NCBI GenBank assembly: GCA_030704615.1
Contig: CM060732.1
Location: 16,120,001 to 16,184,000 of the forward strand
Reading direction: 5' to 3'
Length of the DNA: 64,000 nt
DNA from: Takakia lepidozioides
Lineage: Eukaryota; Plantae; Bryophyta
The position numbers and the translations under genes were made by a program. The notes beneath the pieces are model-generated. The model saw only the letters and a program-made list of their open reading frames with translations. It was not told the DNA's origin and did not search any database. Positions 49,587 through 63,900 of the stretch are shown piece by piece; the first letter of the stretch is position 1; every line of letters starts with the position of its first letter.

Positions 49587-51924
49587 ATGGCAGAGGGCTA
49601 GGACGATGACCGTCATGGAAGAGATGACCCCAATGAACATGGACCACCTCCTAAGAAAATCAAATGGTCAAGGCAAGACTTACATTGGGAAGTATATGGT
49701 GACCCTAGCATACTAGCAGAAGAGGGCTGGGAGGATATTCCGGAAGAGTTCCGGTGGCCGATGGCGAGATACAAAAAATTCGGGAAATGGTACCACATCA
49801 ATCAATTATGGCCTTTGGATAGGCATGATGTACAAACCCGGAACAATTACGCAAAGTCCAGGTCTTGCACGAACTTGCATTTCCAACATAGGGCGAATGA
49901 GTTGCATTGCATATTGTGGGGTCAACCTCTCTTAAAGGGTCAAATCCCGTACACCTTGGCAGCCATGTTGTACGTGGAGGTCATACTCTTGCGTCCAGTG
50001 AATTGGCAAACTGCTAGTAGGAGCAACGCAAGGTTGCTATACGATTTGGAATACATCCCGGACACGTTCGGAATACAACCGGCTGCAACGTTAGAGGAAC
50101 AACTGGCGGAAAGAGGCCAGCGAATCAGGACCCCACAGAACCGGTTAGACTGACAAACACTGCGCATAGCCGAGTTGGAAGCTAGATTGCAAGACATGCC
50201 TCCAAACAATGAAGACACTGGTGTCCACAATGAGGATCGAACAAACGTCGTGGACATGGACGCGGACTTTGCGATGCCCAATCGCAGTATTGACCTCATC
50301 ATTCAGGAAATTACGGACGTCCTTGACCATGTGGCCGATGAAACCATGGTTGAGGAACAGCGAATTGCGGATGAGAGAAGGAGGAAAGGAAAAGAACCAG
50401 TACTGGAAACCGGGGAATGCTCGAGGGTCGTCATTCAATCGGAGATGAACCTGATATTAGATGTCGACCGCGTTACAAAGGAGCCGGACATTGTCATAGC
50501 AACTGCATGGCGCTTGTCCAAAACGCTGGAGATTCAGGCATGGGTCCCATTGAATGACGATTGAGAGAATTGGGTACAATAGGCGACCCATTTGGCCTCC
50601 AGAGAAGCACAAGTGGAGCGGGCACTGTAAGGCTTGCAACGTGTCGCACACATGTCGAACCGTAGCGTGGATAACATTTATGCCAACATGCAAAGGTATA
50701 ACGATCTTCACATCGCATCAAGCGTGTTCTCCGGGTATACCAATTGGGCAGATGTGGATTCTATGTTCGATCGATGTGAGCACAGAATTTTTGGGTCGAA
50801 CAGAAGCATAAACTGGGAATTGGAGATAGATGAAGAGTGGGACACCACAACAAGGATGACCAGCCACATCAAACCGGCCCAGAGGAAGAAGATACCACGA
50901 GGCGTTTTGCCGTCATGGATATCAGATGGCACAGTTTGTTCGATGTGTAGGAATCCATACTACCCAGAGGGATGTCATGTGCTTGGATCATGTGGACATA
51001 TGTTCCATCTCACATGTCTTATCTCGCAAACCGTACGGACGAGCGCTTGCCCAGAATGTCGTACACCAATCCATCGTCGTTTCTATGAGCTGGTGGGCTT
51101 GGAGGATCGGATGCCCATAGATTTTGAATACAATCGACACAACCTCCCATTGGATGGGTTACCATACACATTTCTGAATTGTGTGCATTGGGGCAAGAAC
51201 TTGGTATGGGATGCAGACAGAGAGATGCATAGCATACATGCTGGAAACCCGGCATACATAAAAAATCCCCAATATTTCTGGGTCACATCTGATTGGGAGA
51301 TAACCATACGTGCGGAAGGCATTCGAGATTGGTGAGAGAGAGCAGTTTTGCCACAATCTGGGATGGCATTGGAGTCAAAGAAGGTCCAGGTTTATCCGGC
51401 TCCCACAGGTTCCATAGGTGCCAGAGGAGAACGAATTGTATGACCGACAACCGATTAGGAGACATTTGTTGCTGTCCGAACTGGAAGATGCTATAATATG
51501 TTAACGCCGAATAAATGATGCGTATGAGGCGGCTTATCGTCGAAACGACACAATGATTAGGGACAGGGCCCGTGAGAGGCAGTTGGAAAGTTTCAAAAGT
51601 ATCATTAAGGCAGTTGTAGAGAAATGGAGGCGACTATGGACAGACCGTTATCATCGTGTTTCGGGGGCTGTATTGCTGGATATGGACGGCCTCGTTGCCG
51701 ATTTGCATGCAGCCCGAGCACTTGTTCTCGATCCACCTCCGCCACATCGTGAGAGTGAAGAAGAAAGTCAACTTTCGCCGCAAAGTAGGCGGATGCAGAC
51801 CAGAATTGATCACATGCCATTGGGCCCCTCATTGACCACGAGATCACGGTCGCAAGCTCTGGCAATTGGCAGTGCAAATCAGGCCACAGCATCAAATTCC
51901 ACATCCTCGGACACTGACGACTAG
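49587..51924 (+). pseudogene. TE accessory gene with RING-H2 zinc finger
   Basis: AAMLYVEVILLRPVNWQ; CSMC...SCGHMFHLTCL...CPECR; several stops and frameshifts; divergently oriented to the transposase. Confidence 0.7.
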
Positions 51925-52477
51925 GCTTTTAATGACTGGCAGTGTAGTACATATACAATATGCATTTTTGTTGTACCTTGAATATTGTTGGAAAACACGG
52001 TGATGGCATTCCGCCAAGTTTGTATATCACCAATTTTGTTAATACACAATGCACATGTGCGGCACCTGCCAATTTCAATTGCATGAACATCGTTTTCTTC
52101 ACATTTATACTCGTGTGATAGGGAAAAAGTAGTTCACCCTGTAAACAAATTTACAATGGTGTCATATTTGGTCATGACGTGTATGTGGGTATTTGCAATG
52201 AATTCCGAAAGCTGGAGAACAAGGAAAATTGATGTTAACAAATAAGTTATAACGGGTTACGAACGGTCGTCTTCCAAACAAATTTCGCCTGATCCCTGCG
52301 TATTTCATAATCATTTCGCAAAATCTATGATCTTTCTACGAACATACCCACAAAGTATACGTCCCAGTGTAATATGAGATCAATCAAAATTATTTTGTGC
52401 TACATTGAACACACTGGCCAAGTTTCAAAGCGAACGAAAATCATTTGGATGGGCAACCATCCGTTGGCCCATTGGTT

Positions 52478-54232
52478 TTAGTCGTGGTTAAAGCATCGTG
52501 GACACAACCATTCTCCACTAGGAACCTCCTCAAGTGGCAGTGTCAAACATCCCATGTGCCACCCCCTTGAGCATTTGTCACACACCAACATGGTTGCGGC
52601 ACCACCAGCATGCCCACATAGCATGCAACGCAACCCTGCAGGTACCACTGCAAGGTTGGGATCTATCCTCCCATCCAAATGTGGAAGGTGACATGGCGCA
52701 TAATTGCGCACATGGTCCTTCCATACCATGCCATCTCGACCCTCCAGAATCAACATTCCTGAAGGCAACACCTCCCGGACCCTTAGAATCACACGTCCTG
52801 CTGTGACATCTAAAGTCGTAGGCGCTGTTTGCTGCAGATAAACATAGTCCCCACCCTGGTCCGTGAGTACCTCGGCTGGAGCACAAAATTGGCTAAGCAC
52901 TCGATCTAAGAATGCATACGCAGCCCCCTCACTTGCCTTGTCAGGCAATGCCATCAGTTCAATCCACTTGAAAAAATGTTCCACCATCACCAGCACATAC
53001 TTGTTATGGCGAATCGTTAGTGGCAATGGGCCTGCGAAGTCAAGACTCCAACGATAGCCCAAACCCATAATGGGTAAATGATGCAATTGTGGAGTAGGTG
53101 CATTGAAAGAAGCCCGCACTCTATCACACACCATGCACCTTACCACTAACTGTTGCACATCCGTGTGCATGCCCCGCCACCAGTACTGTCATTGCAACAA
53201 ACTATGAGTGCGCCGCACCCCAAAATGTCCCAACTCTTCATGGGCATGGCGTACCAATCGCGCTCGTTGTGTTGGATGAGGCACAATCTTCACTCGTCCA
53301 TCCTCTCATACTCGGAGTAGGTGAGTCCCCTCCCACTTGAACCTCTTGGCTCGTTGTAGGATCCGATCTCTCTCCTTAGCAGTCACACTGGTTGTTGTCT
53401 CTCCTATACAAAGGTAGGCCAACACTGCTGTATCTTCATACACATCATTAGCATCACCAAGCTCCTCACTGATCTCCGGATCGTCATGTACACCATCTAC
53501 ATGACCAATCCTATGGGATGGACCAGCTTGAGCTCCCATTGCTAGGATGCACAAAAAGACAGATGCATGCAATCCTGGCACCATCTCCTTATCCGTCTCA
53601 CCATGCCACCGAGCTCCAGCATCATCATGCTTGCTCGTGCATGGATTATGACTCAACCTATCTACATCCCGGCTGGATACACCACCTGGAAGTCGTACTC
53701 TTGAAGCATAAGTGCCCACCGTGCAAGCTTCCCTGTAAGCTTGTCTGACTCCATCAACCACTTCAATGGTTGGTGATCCGTGACAAGGGTGAAGAGGTTG
53801 CCATAGAGGTAGCATCTGAAATGTGTCACCTATACCGCAGCTAGACACTCCCCTTCATTTGAGCTATACTTCGCCTCGGCATCATTGTTCAAGCGGCTGA
53901 CATATGTCACTACAAACTCTCTTCCCTCGTCATCCACTTGTGTGAGCACTGCTCCAATTCCCAGTATACTCCAATCCGTATGTAGCTGGTTGAGAAACTT
54001 AAGGCTTGATTGGCTTCTGCACCTATTCTGAGGCGGCTTATTCGGGGGCGGCTGCTAAATCCCTTGATAAACCGTCGATAGTAGTTTGCCAACCCCATGA
54101 AAGCACGAACTCTACTAACATCTATGGGGCGTGGAATGCGTGCAATGGCCTCCACCTTCGTCTTTTGAACACCCAGTCCTCTAGGGTATATCATGTGGCC
54201 CAGATACTCAATCTGGTTGTGGAAGAACTTGT
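52478..54232 (-). pseudogene. Second, more degraded Gypsy RT/RNase H/integrase/PHD fragment of the same family as 38857-41435
   Basis: Near-identical peptides (FFHNQIEYLGH; SLDFAGPLP; PHD); internal deletion in the integrase core. Confidence 0.9.
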
Positions 54233-54239
54233 AGTACAA

Positions 54240-54380
54240 CACACCCTATGTAATTTCGACGATTTAGTTTGACGCTGGCGTTGACTGTTGTCACTTTCGA
54301 CTGTTCCAACCATTTTGCAGTCAAAATTTATATTAAAATATTCAAGGTGCTGAACAACCACGAAAATTTTGACTGTAGTG
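54240..54380 (-). mobile_element. Possible CACTA terminus
   Basis: Ends TTTTGACTGTAGTG (reverse complement CACTACAGTCAAAA) with TGACTG/CAGTCA repeats. Confidence 0.35.
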
Positions 54381-55085
54381 AGAGACTTTGACTACCTAAA
54401 ATGAGCTAACTGAGACAACCAGTTAAGCAATGGCACGTGTAATCACAATATATAAATTATATAACAATATATATGTGATAATAAGAAGTAAAAAAATACC
54501 TTTTTTTTCACTGACCCAGCACATTAATAGTAAACTAATCGTGTGCTGGTTAAGGTTTAGTGAAACAAAACAACTGAATTACCTGAACGAGTGATAAACA
54601 AATGCCTTGCTGGCAGCTATTGGATAAACGTATGAAATATAATTTTTGTGCACTGGATGAACGTATGAACGAACGATAAAGAAAACGCCTTGATGGCAAT
54701 TATTGTATGAACGTATGAACGGATGATAATGCACTTGGCTCGAGTTTAGGATTGCTAGATCACAGTGTGCAGCCTGGCTGGGACTGTGTTTTTTTTGGGT
54801 CGGCGTGGTTCGAGAGCTCCGCAGGCTTAGGGACTTCGCGTTTGTTTGTCTTTGTGCCACCATCTGTGTTTTCTTAAGGTTCGCGAACCAGGATAAGCGG
54901 TTTCTGAAAGACTAGTATCTTGCTGTGTGCACATGAGAGAGCGGGTGGGCGGGGGGAGGAGAGAATAGAGAGAGAGAAGTGCCGCGCAGCGAGTGTACTG
55001 TTTGTGGGATCAACCTGTACGTTTGCTCTTGTTGTATCGGCCATTGTCACGACGTGTGCTATATGGGAGCTTTAGAGCGGAGACA

Positions 55086-58000
55086 GCAGGGAGTGTTCAA
55101 CAGTATGGCTGAACGAGATGTGGTATCGTGGGGTGCGATGATTGCAGGATATGCACAGCAAGGGCGCGGGATGGAGGCTTTGCAGACATATGAACACCTT
55201 CTTCAACACATTTCAGCCTGTTTTCCCTGTTATCAGGATTCAGAGTCATCCCTAAATTTTCAGGTTGAATTCTGCAAGTTAGCTCGACGTTGGTGCAAAA
55301 AGGTGAATGCCTGTTGGAAGCGCAAGTCAGCATAGGAACTAGTGTGAGAAGTAGGGTTAGGGTGTTTGCTGGAACAAATCTAGGCTGTCATTGTCAGCTG
55401 CTAGCAGCAAGGCAAGGAGGTACTATGCATGATTTGTGCAGAGGTATGGATAGCCGAAGGAGCAGGGATAGAGTGTGGGTCCAGATTCATCCAAGAGGGC
55501 CGGATTTCAAGCTCCAGATTACCTATGAATCCCTGTGGAATGATAGCTACAAGAAACCTACATATGTAGATGGTCAACTGGAAGCCGCAACAGCAGCAGC
55601 GGCGGCACAATTGATAAAATTCAGGCACTGCTACTCAAGGCACCTTCTTCAACACATTTCACCCTGTTTTTTCCTCTTATCAGAACCGGCCCTAAATGTC
55701 TCTTAAGGCCTTCAGCAGATGGGTTGAACAGAGTCACGTGGTTTACTTTTTCAACTTGATTTTCAGATCTTAGGGCATGCGAGAGACAGTGTCAACAATC
55801 AATCATTCTTCCTGCAAAGTCTTGGTCTGCACAATCTGAGACTTGAGATTCTCCACAAAGGCCAACATGTTTTTAGTTGAGGATCCACCCTCTGCCATAT
55901 CTTCATGAGCACAATATTTGAGCTTCCCTACCCTGGTTCGAATTGCCATGCCCTCCTCCCCTATCATTAGCTCCCTGATGTGTGCATGATTTGTGCAGAG
56001 GCAGAGATAGCTGAAGGAGCAGGGATAGAGAGTAGGTCTAGATTCATCCAAAAGGGCCAGATTTCAAGCACAAGATTACTTATGATTTCCTGTAGATCAA
56101 TAGCTACAAGAAACCTGCATGGGTAGATGGTCAACTGTCATGCCGCAGCAGCAGCGGCACAACTGATAAAATCAGGCACTGGTAATCGAGGCACCTTCTT
56201 CACATTCACCCTGTTTTCCCTCTTATCAGAATCGGCCCTGAATTTCCATGTTGAATTCTGCAAGTTAGCTGGTTGAGTGAATGTAGTTTGGAGTGACTTT
56301 GACATGATACTGCCACTGTGACAACAGGAAAGTATCCAAAAATACGTAACAGAGATGAGGAGAAGCTGTGGAATGAATACTTTTCTGACTCCAGTCAATG
56401 GTGGGACACCAGGCAAAAAGGTGAATGCTTGTTAGATTACAGGAGAGTAGCAGACGCAATTCAGTATAGGAACTAGTGTAATAAGCTGAGTTGGGTGTTT
56501 CCTAGAACAAATCTAGGCTGTCATTATCAGCTGCAAGGCAAGGATGTATGCATCATTTGTGCAGAGGCATGGATAGCTGAAGGAGCGGGGATAGAGTGTG
56601 GGTCCAGATTCATCCAAGAGGGCTGGACTTCAAGCTCCAGATTACCTTGATTTCAGGTGGATCAGTAGCTACAAGAAACCTGCATGTGTAGATGTTCAAC
56701 TAAAGGCAGCAGCTGTAGTGGCACAGTTGATAAAATCAGGCACCTCAACCATGACCACAGCTGTTGAAATTAGAGGATCAAGAGAGGGAGTCCACAATGC
56801 CTCTTCTGGCACTTCTGGGCATGTGAAGATACTTGTGCTGCAGGATTCAGATATGTCTGTCTGTTGCTTAAGTGCATCAAGATGGATGGTCTGGAAGCTG
56901 GAAAGCAGGTGCACACTCACATTATCCAAAGTGGATTCACACCAAATGTTTTTCTACTCAACACCCTTGTCAACATGTATGTTAAGTGCGGGAGCATCAT
57001 GGATGCTCACCAAGTGTTCAACAGAATGCCTCAATGATCTTTGATCACGTGGAATATTATGTTGGCAGGATTTACCAAGCGTAGGTGTGGTAGAAATGCT
57101 TAGGAGACCTATGAGCAAATGTTGCGTGAAGGGGTGAAGCCCAACCACATCGCGTTTGTTTGTGTTTGCAATGCGTGTGCAAGCCTGGGAGCTCTGGAAA
57201 AGAGGGAAGAGGTCCATAGTGACATTGTCAAAGTTGGAATTGTACCCGATGTCATCCTGGAAACAGAAGCGGCAGCAGCCCAATTGATAGAACAATTCGC
57301 TGCTAATGAAGGTATCTTCTTCAATACATTTCACCCTGTTTTGCCATGTTATCAGAGTCGTCTCTAAATTTAGAATTCTGCACGTTAGCTCGTTCATGAT
57401 GTGAGCTGGCATGAGTTTTATAAAGATCCTTCACGATGGTGGGACAACCGCAATCACAAGGTGTGGCTGCAAAGGTGGGCTCTTGGCTCCTGTTAGTACC
57501 ATGATTTGGTGTTCTTCCTGATGTTTACAAGGTTCTTGGGAGAGTCAGCTTGGTCTTAGTAGGCCGTGTTTCAATCTCTGCCTGCTCAGCTGCACCGTGG
57601 TGGTTCTCACAGACCAACATTACCTGACTACAGACACAAACATCACACACAAGAGGTCATTTTGGGTTGATGCTCAGTCAAATCCTCCATGGGTCAAGGA
57701 CAATGTGGTGAGGGCACCTTCTTCTTTGACCCGTTGCAGCCTGTTTTGCCCCCTCATCAGACTTGGCCCTGAGATGCATATTGAATTATGTAAGTTAGCT
57801 CATTGGGTGGATCTGTGGTGGTTTGGAGTGACTTTGAACTAGTGTGATAAGTAGGGTTGGGGTGTTTGCTGGAACAATTCTAGGCTGTCATTGTCAGCTG
57901 CTAGCAGCAAGGCAAGGATGTATGCATGATTTGTGCAGAGGTATGGATAGCTGAAGGGGCAGGGATAGAGTGTGGGTCCAGATTCATCCAAGAGGGCTGG

Positions 58001-59390
58001 ATTTCAAGCTCCAGATTACCTATGATTCCATGTGGATCAATAGCTACAAGAAACCTGCTGCATGGGTAGATGGTCAAGTAAAGGTAGCAGCTGCAGCGGC
58101 ACAGTTGATAAAATCAGGCACCTCAACCATGGCCACAGCTTCTGAAAGAGGATCAAGAGAGGGAGTCCACAATGCCTCTTCTGCTGGGCATATGAAGGTG
58201 CTTTGTGAGGCAGGCAGACTGACAGAGGCTCTACAACTTTAAACCAACAAGGCATTTCAGCATTCAGATACGTCTGTCTGTCTCTTGCTTAAGTGCATCA
58301 AGATGAAAGGTCTGGAAGCTGGAAACAGGTGCACACTCACATTATCCAAAGTGGATTAACGCCAATGTGGGAGCATCATGGATGCTCACCAGGTTTTCCA
58401 CAGAGTGCCTCAACGATCTTGATCACGTGGAATATAATGTTGGCAGGATTTACCAAATGATGGGTGTGGTAGGAGTGCTTTGGAAACCTATGAGCAACTG
58501 CTGCGCGAAGGGTGAAACCCAACCACATCACATTTGTTTGTGTTTGCCATGCGTGTGCAAGGCTGGGAGCTCTGGAAAAGGGGAAAGAGGTCCATGGTGA
58601 CATCGTCAAAGCTGGATTTGTACGAGATGTCATTCTGAACACTGCCCTGGTGGAGATATATGCCAAATGTGGGTGCATTAAGGATGCGAAGGGAGTTTTC
58701 AACACTATGGCTGAACGAGATGTGGTGTCATGAGATGTGGTGTCATGGAACGTGGGGGGAATGTGATGCTTGTAGGGTATGCACAGCAGGGACATGGAAT
58801 GGAGGCTTTGGAGACCTATGATCAAATATTGATGGGGGAAGGGGTGAAGCGCAACCACATCACGTTGCAGCATACTGGTACTTCACAGCCATGGCAGCTC
58901 TCTTAGCCCCTCCATTTTTTTTTCTTTTGGTTTTTTTGGCACTGGGAGAGAGCAGCAGCTCTGCTGTCTCCTTCCCCTTGCTTATGCCGATCGTTAAAGT
59001 GAAAATTGTCATTCTGAACTCTACCTTGGTGGACATGTATGCCAAATGTGGGTGCAGCAAGGCTGATGTGAAGGGAGAGTTTGACAATATGGCTGAACGA
59101 GATGTGGTATTTTGGAGTGCCATGATTGCAAGGTATGTGCAGCATGGGTATGGGATTAAGGCTTTGGGAACATAAGAGCAAATGATGTGGGAAGGGATGA
59201 AGCCAGATCAGGCCGTCATGTTCATTTGTTTTTGTAATATGCATATGCGAGCCTAGCAGCCCTGGGAAGGGGCAAAGAGGTTTATGGTGACATTATCCAA
59301 GCTGAAATTGTACCAGATGTCATTCTGAGCATTCCCCTGCTGTACATCTACGTCTAAGCACTGCCTTGGTGGATATGTATGTCAAGGCAG
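55086..59390 (+). pseudogene. Tandem cluster of decayed PDF-motif plus PLS-class PPR gene copies
   Basis: Four copies of IHPRGPDFKxxITYDSLWINSYKKPAWVDGQL (about 55485, 56042, 56608, 57982); WWDTRQK and WWDNRNHK exons; PPR motifs MYAKCG.I.DA..VF..M.ERDVVSW; many stops. Confidence 0.85.
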
Positions 59391-59868
59391 CCCTGGAAGT
59401 GGTTGTCACTTTGGATGACAAGGTAGCTGGCACCACCATTATCTGGAACTGCCTGAATGCACTCTCAAATGATTTCTAATGTTCTCTTGACATGTCCACG
59501 ATAGTGCTGGACCTAGCTGCACAACATATTATCCTTACTCAATGACTTCAGTTGGGCAGTGATCTATGGATATGGCAACATGGCCCTCATATTGGTCATT
59601 TGTAGAATGTGGCCAAAACTTGTTTTGCAAAAACACTCTTGATATAAACCAGTTTTGAGCCATCTAAATGTTTTTGGTTCCGACCTGTATTTGTATTCTA
59701 TGTTTTGTTGTATTTGTAATATATTTTCAATGCAGTGCAGCAAATCAAAATATTTAAATACAATACCCACTAATTCACATACGTACAGATATAGACTAAA
59801 AGTAAATGAATAAAACGAAATAACAGTAATAAACAAAAAAAAACCAAATATTAAATAAAAAGCCTCCC

Positions 59869-59869
59869 A

Positions 59870-59907
<38 letters not shown>

Positions 59908-59926
59908 TTATATATATATGTATATA
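59869..59926. repeat. (TA)n microsatellite
   Basis: Directly visible. Confidence 0.95.
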
Positions 59927-60186
59927 CACCCCCAGAGTGAAACCTATTTACTAAAATGTGTCCTCTTTTACTGCTTCACGTAGAATATTACACTATACAA
60001 AGTCAAGCAAACTCACTATCACTGATTCACAGTCAAATTGCATACTAAACATCATGGAACATAGTCAATATGTTCCACATCAGTTAAACCACTTTACTAC
60101 ACGTCATAGCCACGTCGCATCCACGTCATACTGTGCTGCCTACACGTCACCCCCTAGTTTTACTGTCACATTTCACTGTCAGAACC

Positions 60187-60962
60187 TATAAAATGGATAA
60201 CCATTCTACTGAGAATTGTTATTACAACAGAAGGACAGCTGCAAGAGAACCCAGACAAGTGAGGGTGCATCAAGTGCAACCAAGAAGAAACAATGATCAG
60301 GACCACTATGATAGGCCTGGTGGATATAACAATGGTATGGCGGGGAGAGGTAATCCAAGAGGGAATTACCAAGGCAATCCCAGAGGCAACTATCAGGGTA
60401 ATCCAAGGGGGAATTACCAGCCAGGGAATCAAGATTATAGAAATAATCCCAGAATAGACCAAGGGCGAGGACCCAATGGTGAAGAACTGTGTTACTATTG
60501 TAACCAGGCAGGACATCGCAAAGCAGCCTATCCATTCTGGATCAGGCACTAGAATGAGATGAGAGCTCCTGTGAATGAAGGCCCAGTAGTGGCGGCTCAC
60601 ATGGTTAGGCCATGTTTCGTATCAGAAGTAAGTACAATGATAGTTACCAAAAGTAAAGCTAAACTAATACCTCCAGTGGATGAGGAGGAAGATGTTAATG
60701 AAGATGGCAGTGATGTGCCTGAAGATGATAAGGCTTGGAGAGATGAGAAGAAACTGCACAAGGAAGTGGCTGATACCATAAGGGAAATGCAGAAGGATAC
60801 TGATATCCCTATGACATATACTTCTAACTCTGAAAGAGAAGATGAAGAAGGTGAAGAGAAAGTGAAGCAGGAGGCTTCACAAGTGCAAGATAATGAAGGG
60901 ATTTTGGCTGAAGTAATATGCCAGACCAAAGCTGAGATTACCATTGGACAGCTGTTGGCTGT
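60187..60962 (+). mobile_element. Gag fragment of the 22144 Gypsy family
   Basis: KMDNHSTENCYYNRR...GNYQGNPR repeats...CYYCNQAGH...TIGQLLAV matches 25345-26125. Confidence 0.9.
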
Positions 60963-63900
60963 TGTCGCGGCCCTATGCCATGAGGGCAGGGGGTCGGGAC
61001 GCAGGAGGGGCTGCCCCTGTGGTGGGGGCAGTGGCAGCGATACGTACGGGGGGCTGAAGCACCCTTGAGTGCCCAAGGCACTCAAGGAGGCGGAGGCGCT
61101 CATTAGGTGGAGCCCCGCACACCGGGTTACGGTGGGGGTGGCTCCACAAGGGGTGGTGGTAGCTTAGCGGGACTTAGTGGGGGTGGCTTAGGACTCACCA
61201 TGGGGCGGAGACCTTGTGGTGGGAGTCGTGGGGAGTCTTGGGACTCATCACGGTCCAATGGGGCCGTGGTGGGTGGGCCAAGACTCGCCGCGACTCATCA
61301 CAGGGAGTCGAGGGTCTTCGTGGTGGTTCGCCATAAAATGGCAAGGTTGTTTGTGAAACCCCCGCGGACAGTCACAGAAGTATATATAGGGAGTAGTAAC
61401 CCCGAGAATGGTGCAAGCCCATTGGTGACCAAAAAACTAGTGAGTAAGCGAGCGAGCCAGAAAGCGACCAAGGAGTGGGGAGCTATTCCGGACTGCCATC
61501 TACCAAAGGGAATTTCCACTAGGCCCAAATTGGTGGAGGGTCTTTTGGAAGAGTAAAGGGGGACCGTTATGTCCCGGTGAGCAGCCGAAGCTCCAAGTTG
61601 GCCCGGCGGCCAAGTTGGGAGTTAGGCGCGCGCATCAAAGCGATTAACTATGACTTGAAGGGGAGCTTACCGAAGTGAGGTGCGCGACACTTGGTATCAG
61701 AGCCTAGAGTTCAGTACGCGATCGTCCTTGGGATCAGCCTCATCATGGGGTCAGGCAAGCCAAAACGAAAGCGGAACGGCCCGAAAGATGATGATCATGG
61801 TGAGCCCGATGGGGGCGACGTGTCACCGAAGCGGTCGTTTGAGGAAGCGATGCATGCTTTTGAAAACGACGCCGCTCAAGAACGGGAGGAATCTGAGGAG
61901 TCGGAGCCCGAGGAATTCCTGAGAGCTCCGATAGACCAACAGATGCCTCCCATGCCAGCAGCCTTTTGGGAAGGGTTGTTGGCGCAGTTTGGCGAGACGT
62001 TGAAAGATGTGTTGAAGGCGGCTAATGTCACTTCCACTAAGGCAAAGTTTAAGGTGAAGCCTAAGGAACCTAGCACCTTTGAGGGCGTCCGAAATCGGAA
62101 GACACTCAACACCTGGCTCTTGGAGCTAGAGCAGTACTTCCGGGCGGCCAAGGTGAGTGACGAGGATCGGGTGGAAGTAGCTCCCACCTATTTGAGGGGC
62201 TATGCTCAACAATGGTGGCAGAAACGCCTTCACGACCGAGGTCCAAACCCGGAAACCTTGAACTGGAGTAGGTTCAAGGAACTTATGAAGAGACAGTTTA
62301 AGCCCCTCAACGCGTCCTGGCTCGCCCGGGACAAGATGAGGAACTTGAAGCAAACGGATGACATTCGGGGATATGTTCAGGCTTTCAATGTGCTGTTGCT
62401 CGAAGTCGCGGACATGGCAGAACCAGAAATGGTCTTCAACTTTGTGGCGGGACTAGCCCCATGGGCGAGGCGGAAGTTGGAGAAGAAGCCACCTAAGACT
62501 TTGAACGAGGCAATTGAGAGGGCTGAATGTTTCTCGGATGTCCCTGGGGGCGAAAGACAAGGCCATACGGAGCTGAACCACAAGAAGGCCCGGCGGGAGG
62601 GTGATTCTTTCCGACCGGAAAAGAAGTGGGATAGGCCATGTGGCGACAATGGCACGTGGAAATCGAAGGGAGGGCCTTCACACGTCAAGGCGGCACCCGG
62701 TGCTCCGAAAGGAAAAGCAGGTGCGGCGGCTTATGGCGGATAGAAGGCGACCTTCGATGGAGTGTGCTTCAATTGCGGGGAGCCCGGACACATGGCCAAG
62801 AAGTGCACGAAACCCCGACAATTGAACATGACTCGGGCGGCCACGGAGCTGTCCGAAGATTCAATCAGCCGCTTGGTGGAGGTGGTGGTCGCCGAGACTT
62901 GCAAGATAGGCAACTACTCTTGTGAGTTGTATCAGGAAACTGGCGCCTTGCGTAAAGAAAGTCAGTTAATGTTCGTGGATGGGATAATTTCCGAAACTAA
63001 CGTGTCGTTGTTGGTGGACATATGAGCGTCGTACTCCTTCATGACACCGGCAATGGCACGAAAGCTGGGGCTCCCGACAAGTGACGTGGGGGCCTCTATT
63101 GAGGTGCATGCTGCCAAAGGAGAACCACAATTGGCGACGAGGTTGGCGTTCGATGTTCCTCTTCAACTGGGGAGTTGGGAGGGATGTGAGAACTTCACCA
63201 TTTGCGAGATCGATGGAGTGGATCTCATTTTGGAGATGACCTTTTTGACCAAATCCGGAGCGGTCATAGATGGCCGCAAGAGAGTAATCACGCTGCTGTG
63301 TGGGAATGGTGGCGAAGATTTACGAGTGTCGAAAACGCCCAAACCCGTGGGAGGGCGAATAAACCTTCTGTCAGTGGGAGTGGGCCGTAAAGGAGCCACA
63401 CGAGCCCCAGTTTTTGCTTTACGTAAGACAAGTGAAGGGAGAAGGCGATAGGGAGCCGAGCCCAGATTGGATCAAGGGGATCTTGGAGAAATATCAGGCT
63501 GTGATGCCGGAGGATTTATCAAGCGGCTTGCCACCGCGAAGGGGAATTGATCACAAGATTGAGGTGATACCGGGATCGGAGCCGCCTGCCAAGGTGCCCT
63601 ACCGGTTGAGCCACAGAGAGTTGGTCGAGCTGAAGACTCAGCTCAAAGATCTAATGTCAAAGGGGTACATCCGGCCGAGTACGTCACCTTACGGAGCCTC
63701 GGTGCTATTTGCAGACAAGAAGGATGGGACGTTGCGGATGTGTGTCGATTACCGGGCTTTGAATAAGGTGACTATCAAAAACCGGTACCCTTTGCCAAGG
63801 ATCGACGACCTTTTCGATCGGTTGGCAGGAGCGAAGTATTTCAGCCGGATCGATTTGCGCTCCGGCTATCATCAAATTCGAGTGGCGGAAGGAGTTGAGG

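Noticed and set aside
62741-62743. Programmed readthrough at the gag TAG
   Set aside because: The stop precedes the zinc knuckle and other stops occur downstream, so it is more likely decay
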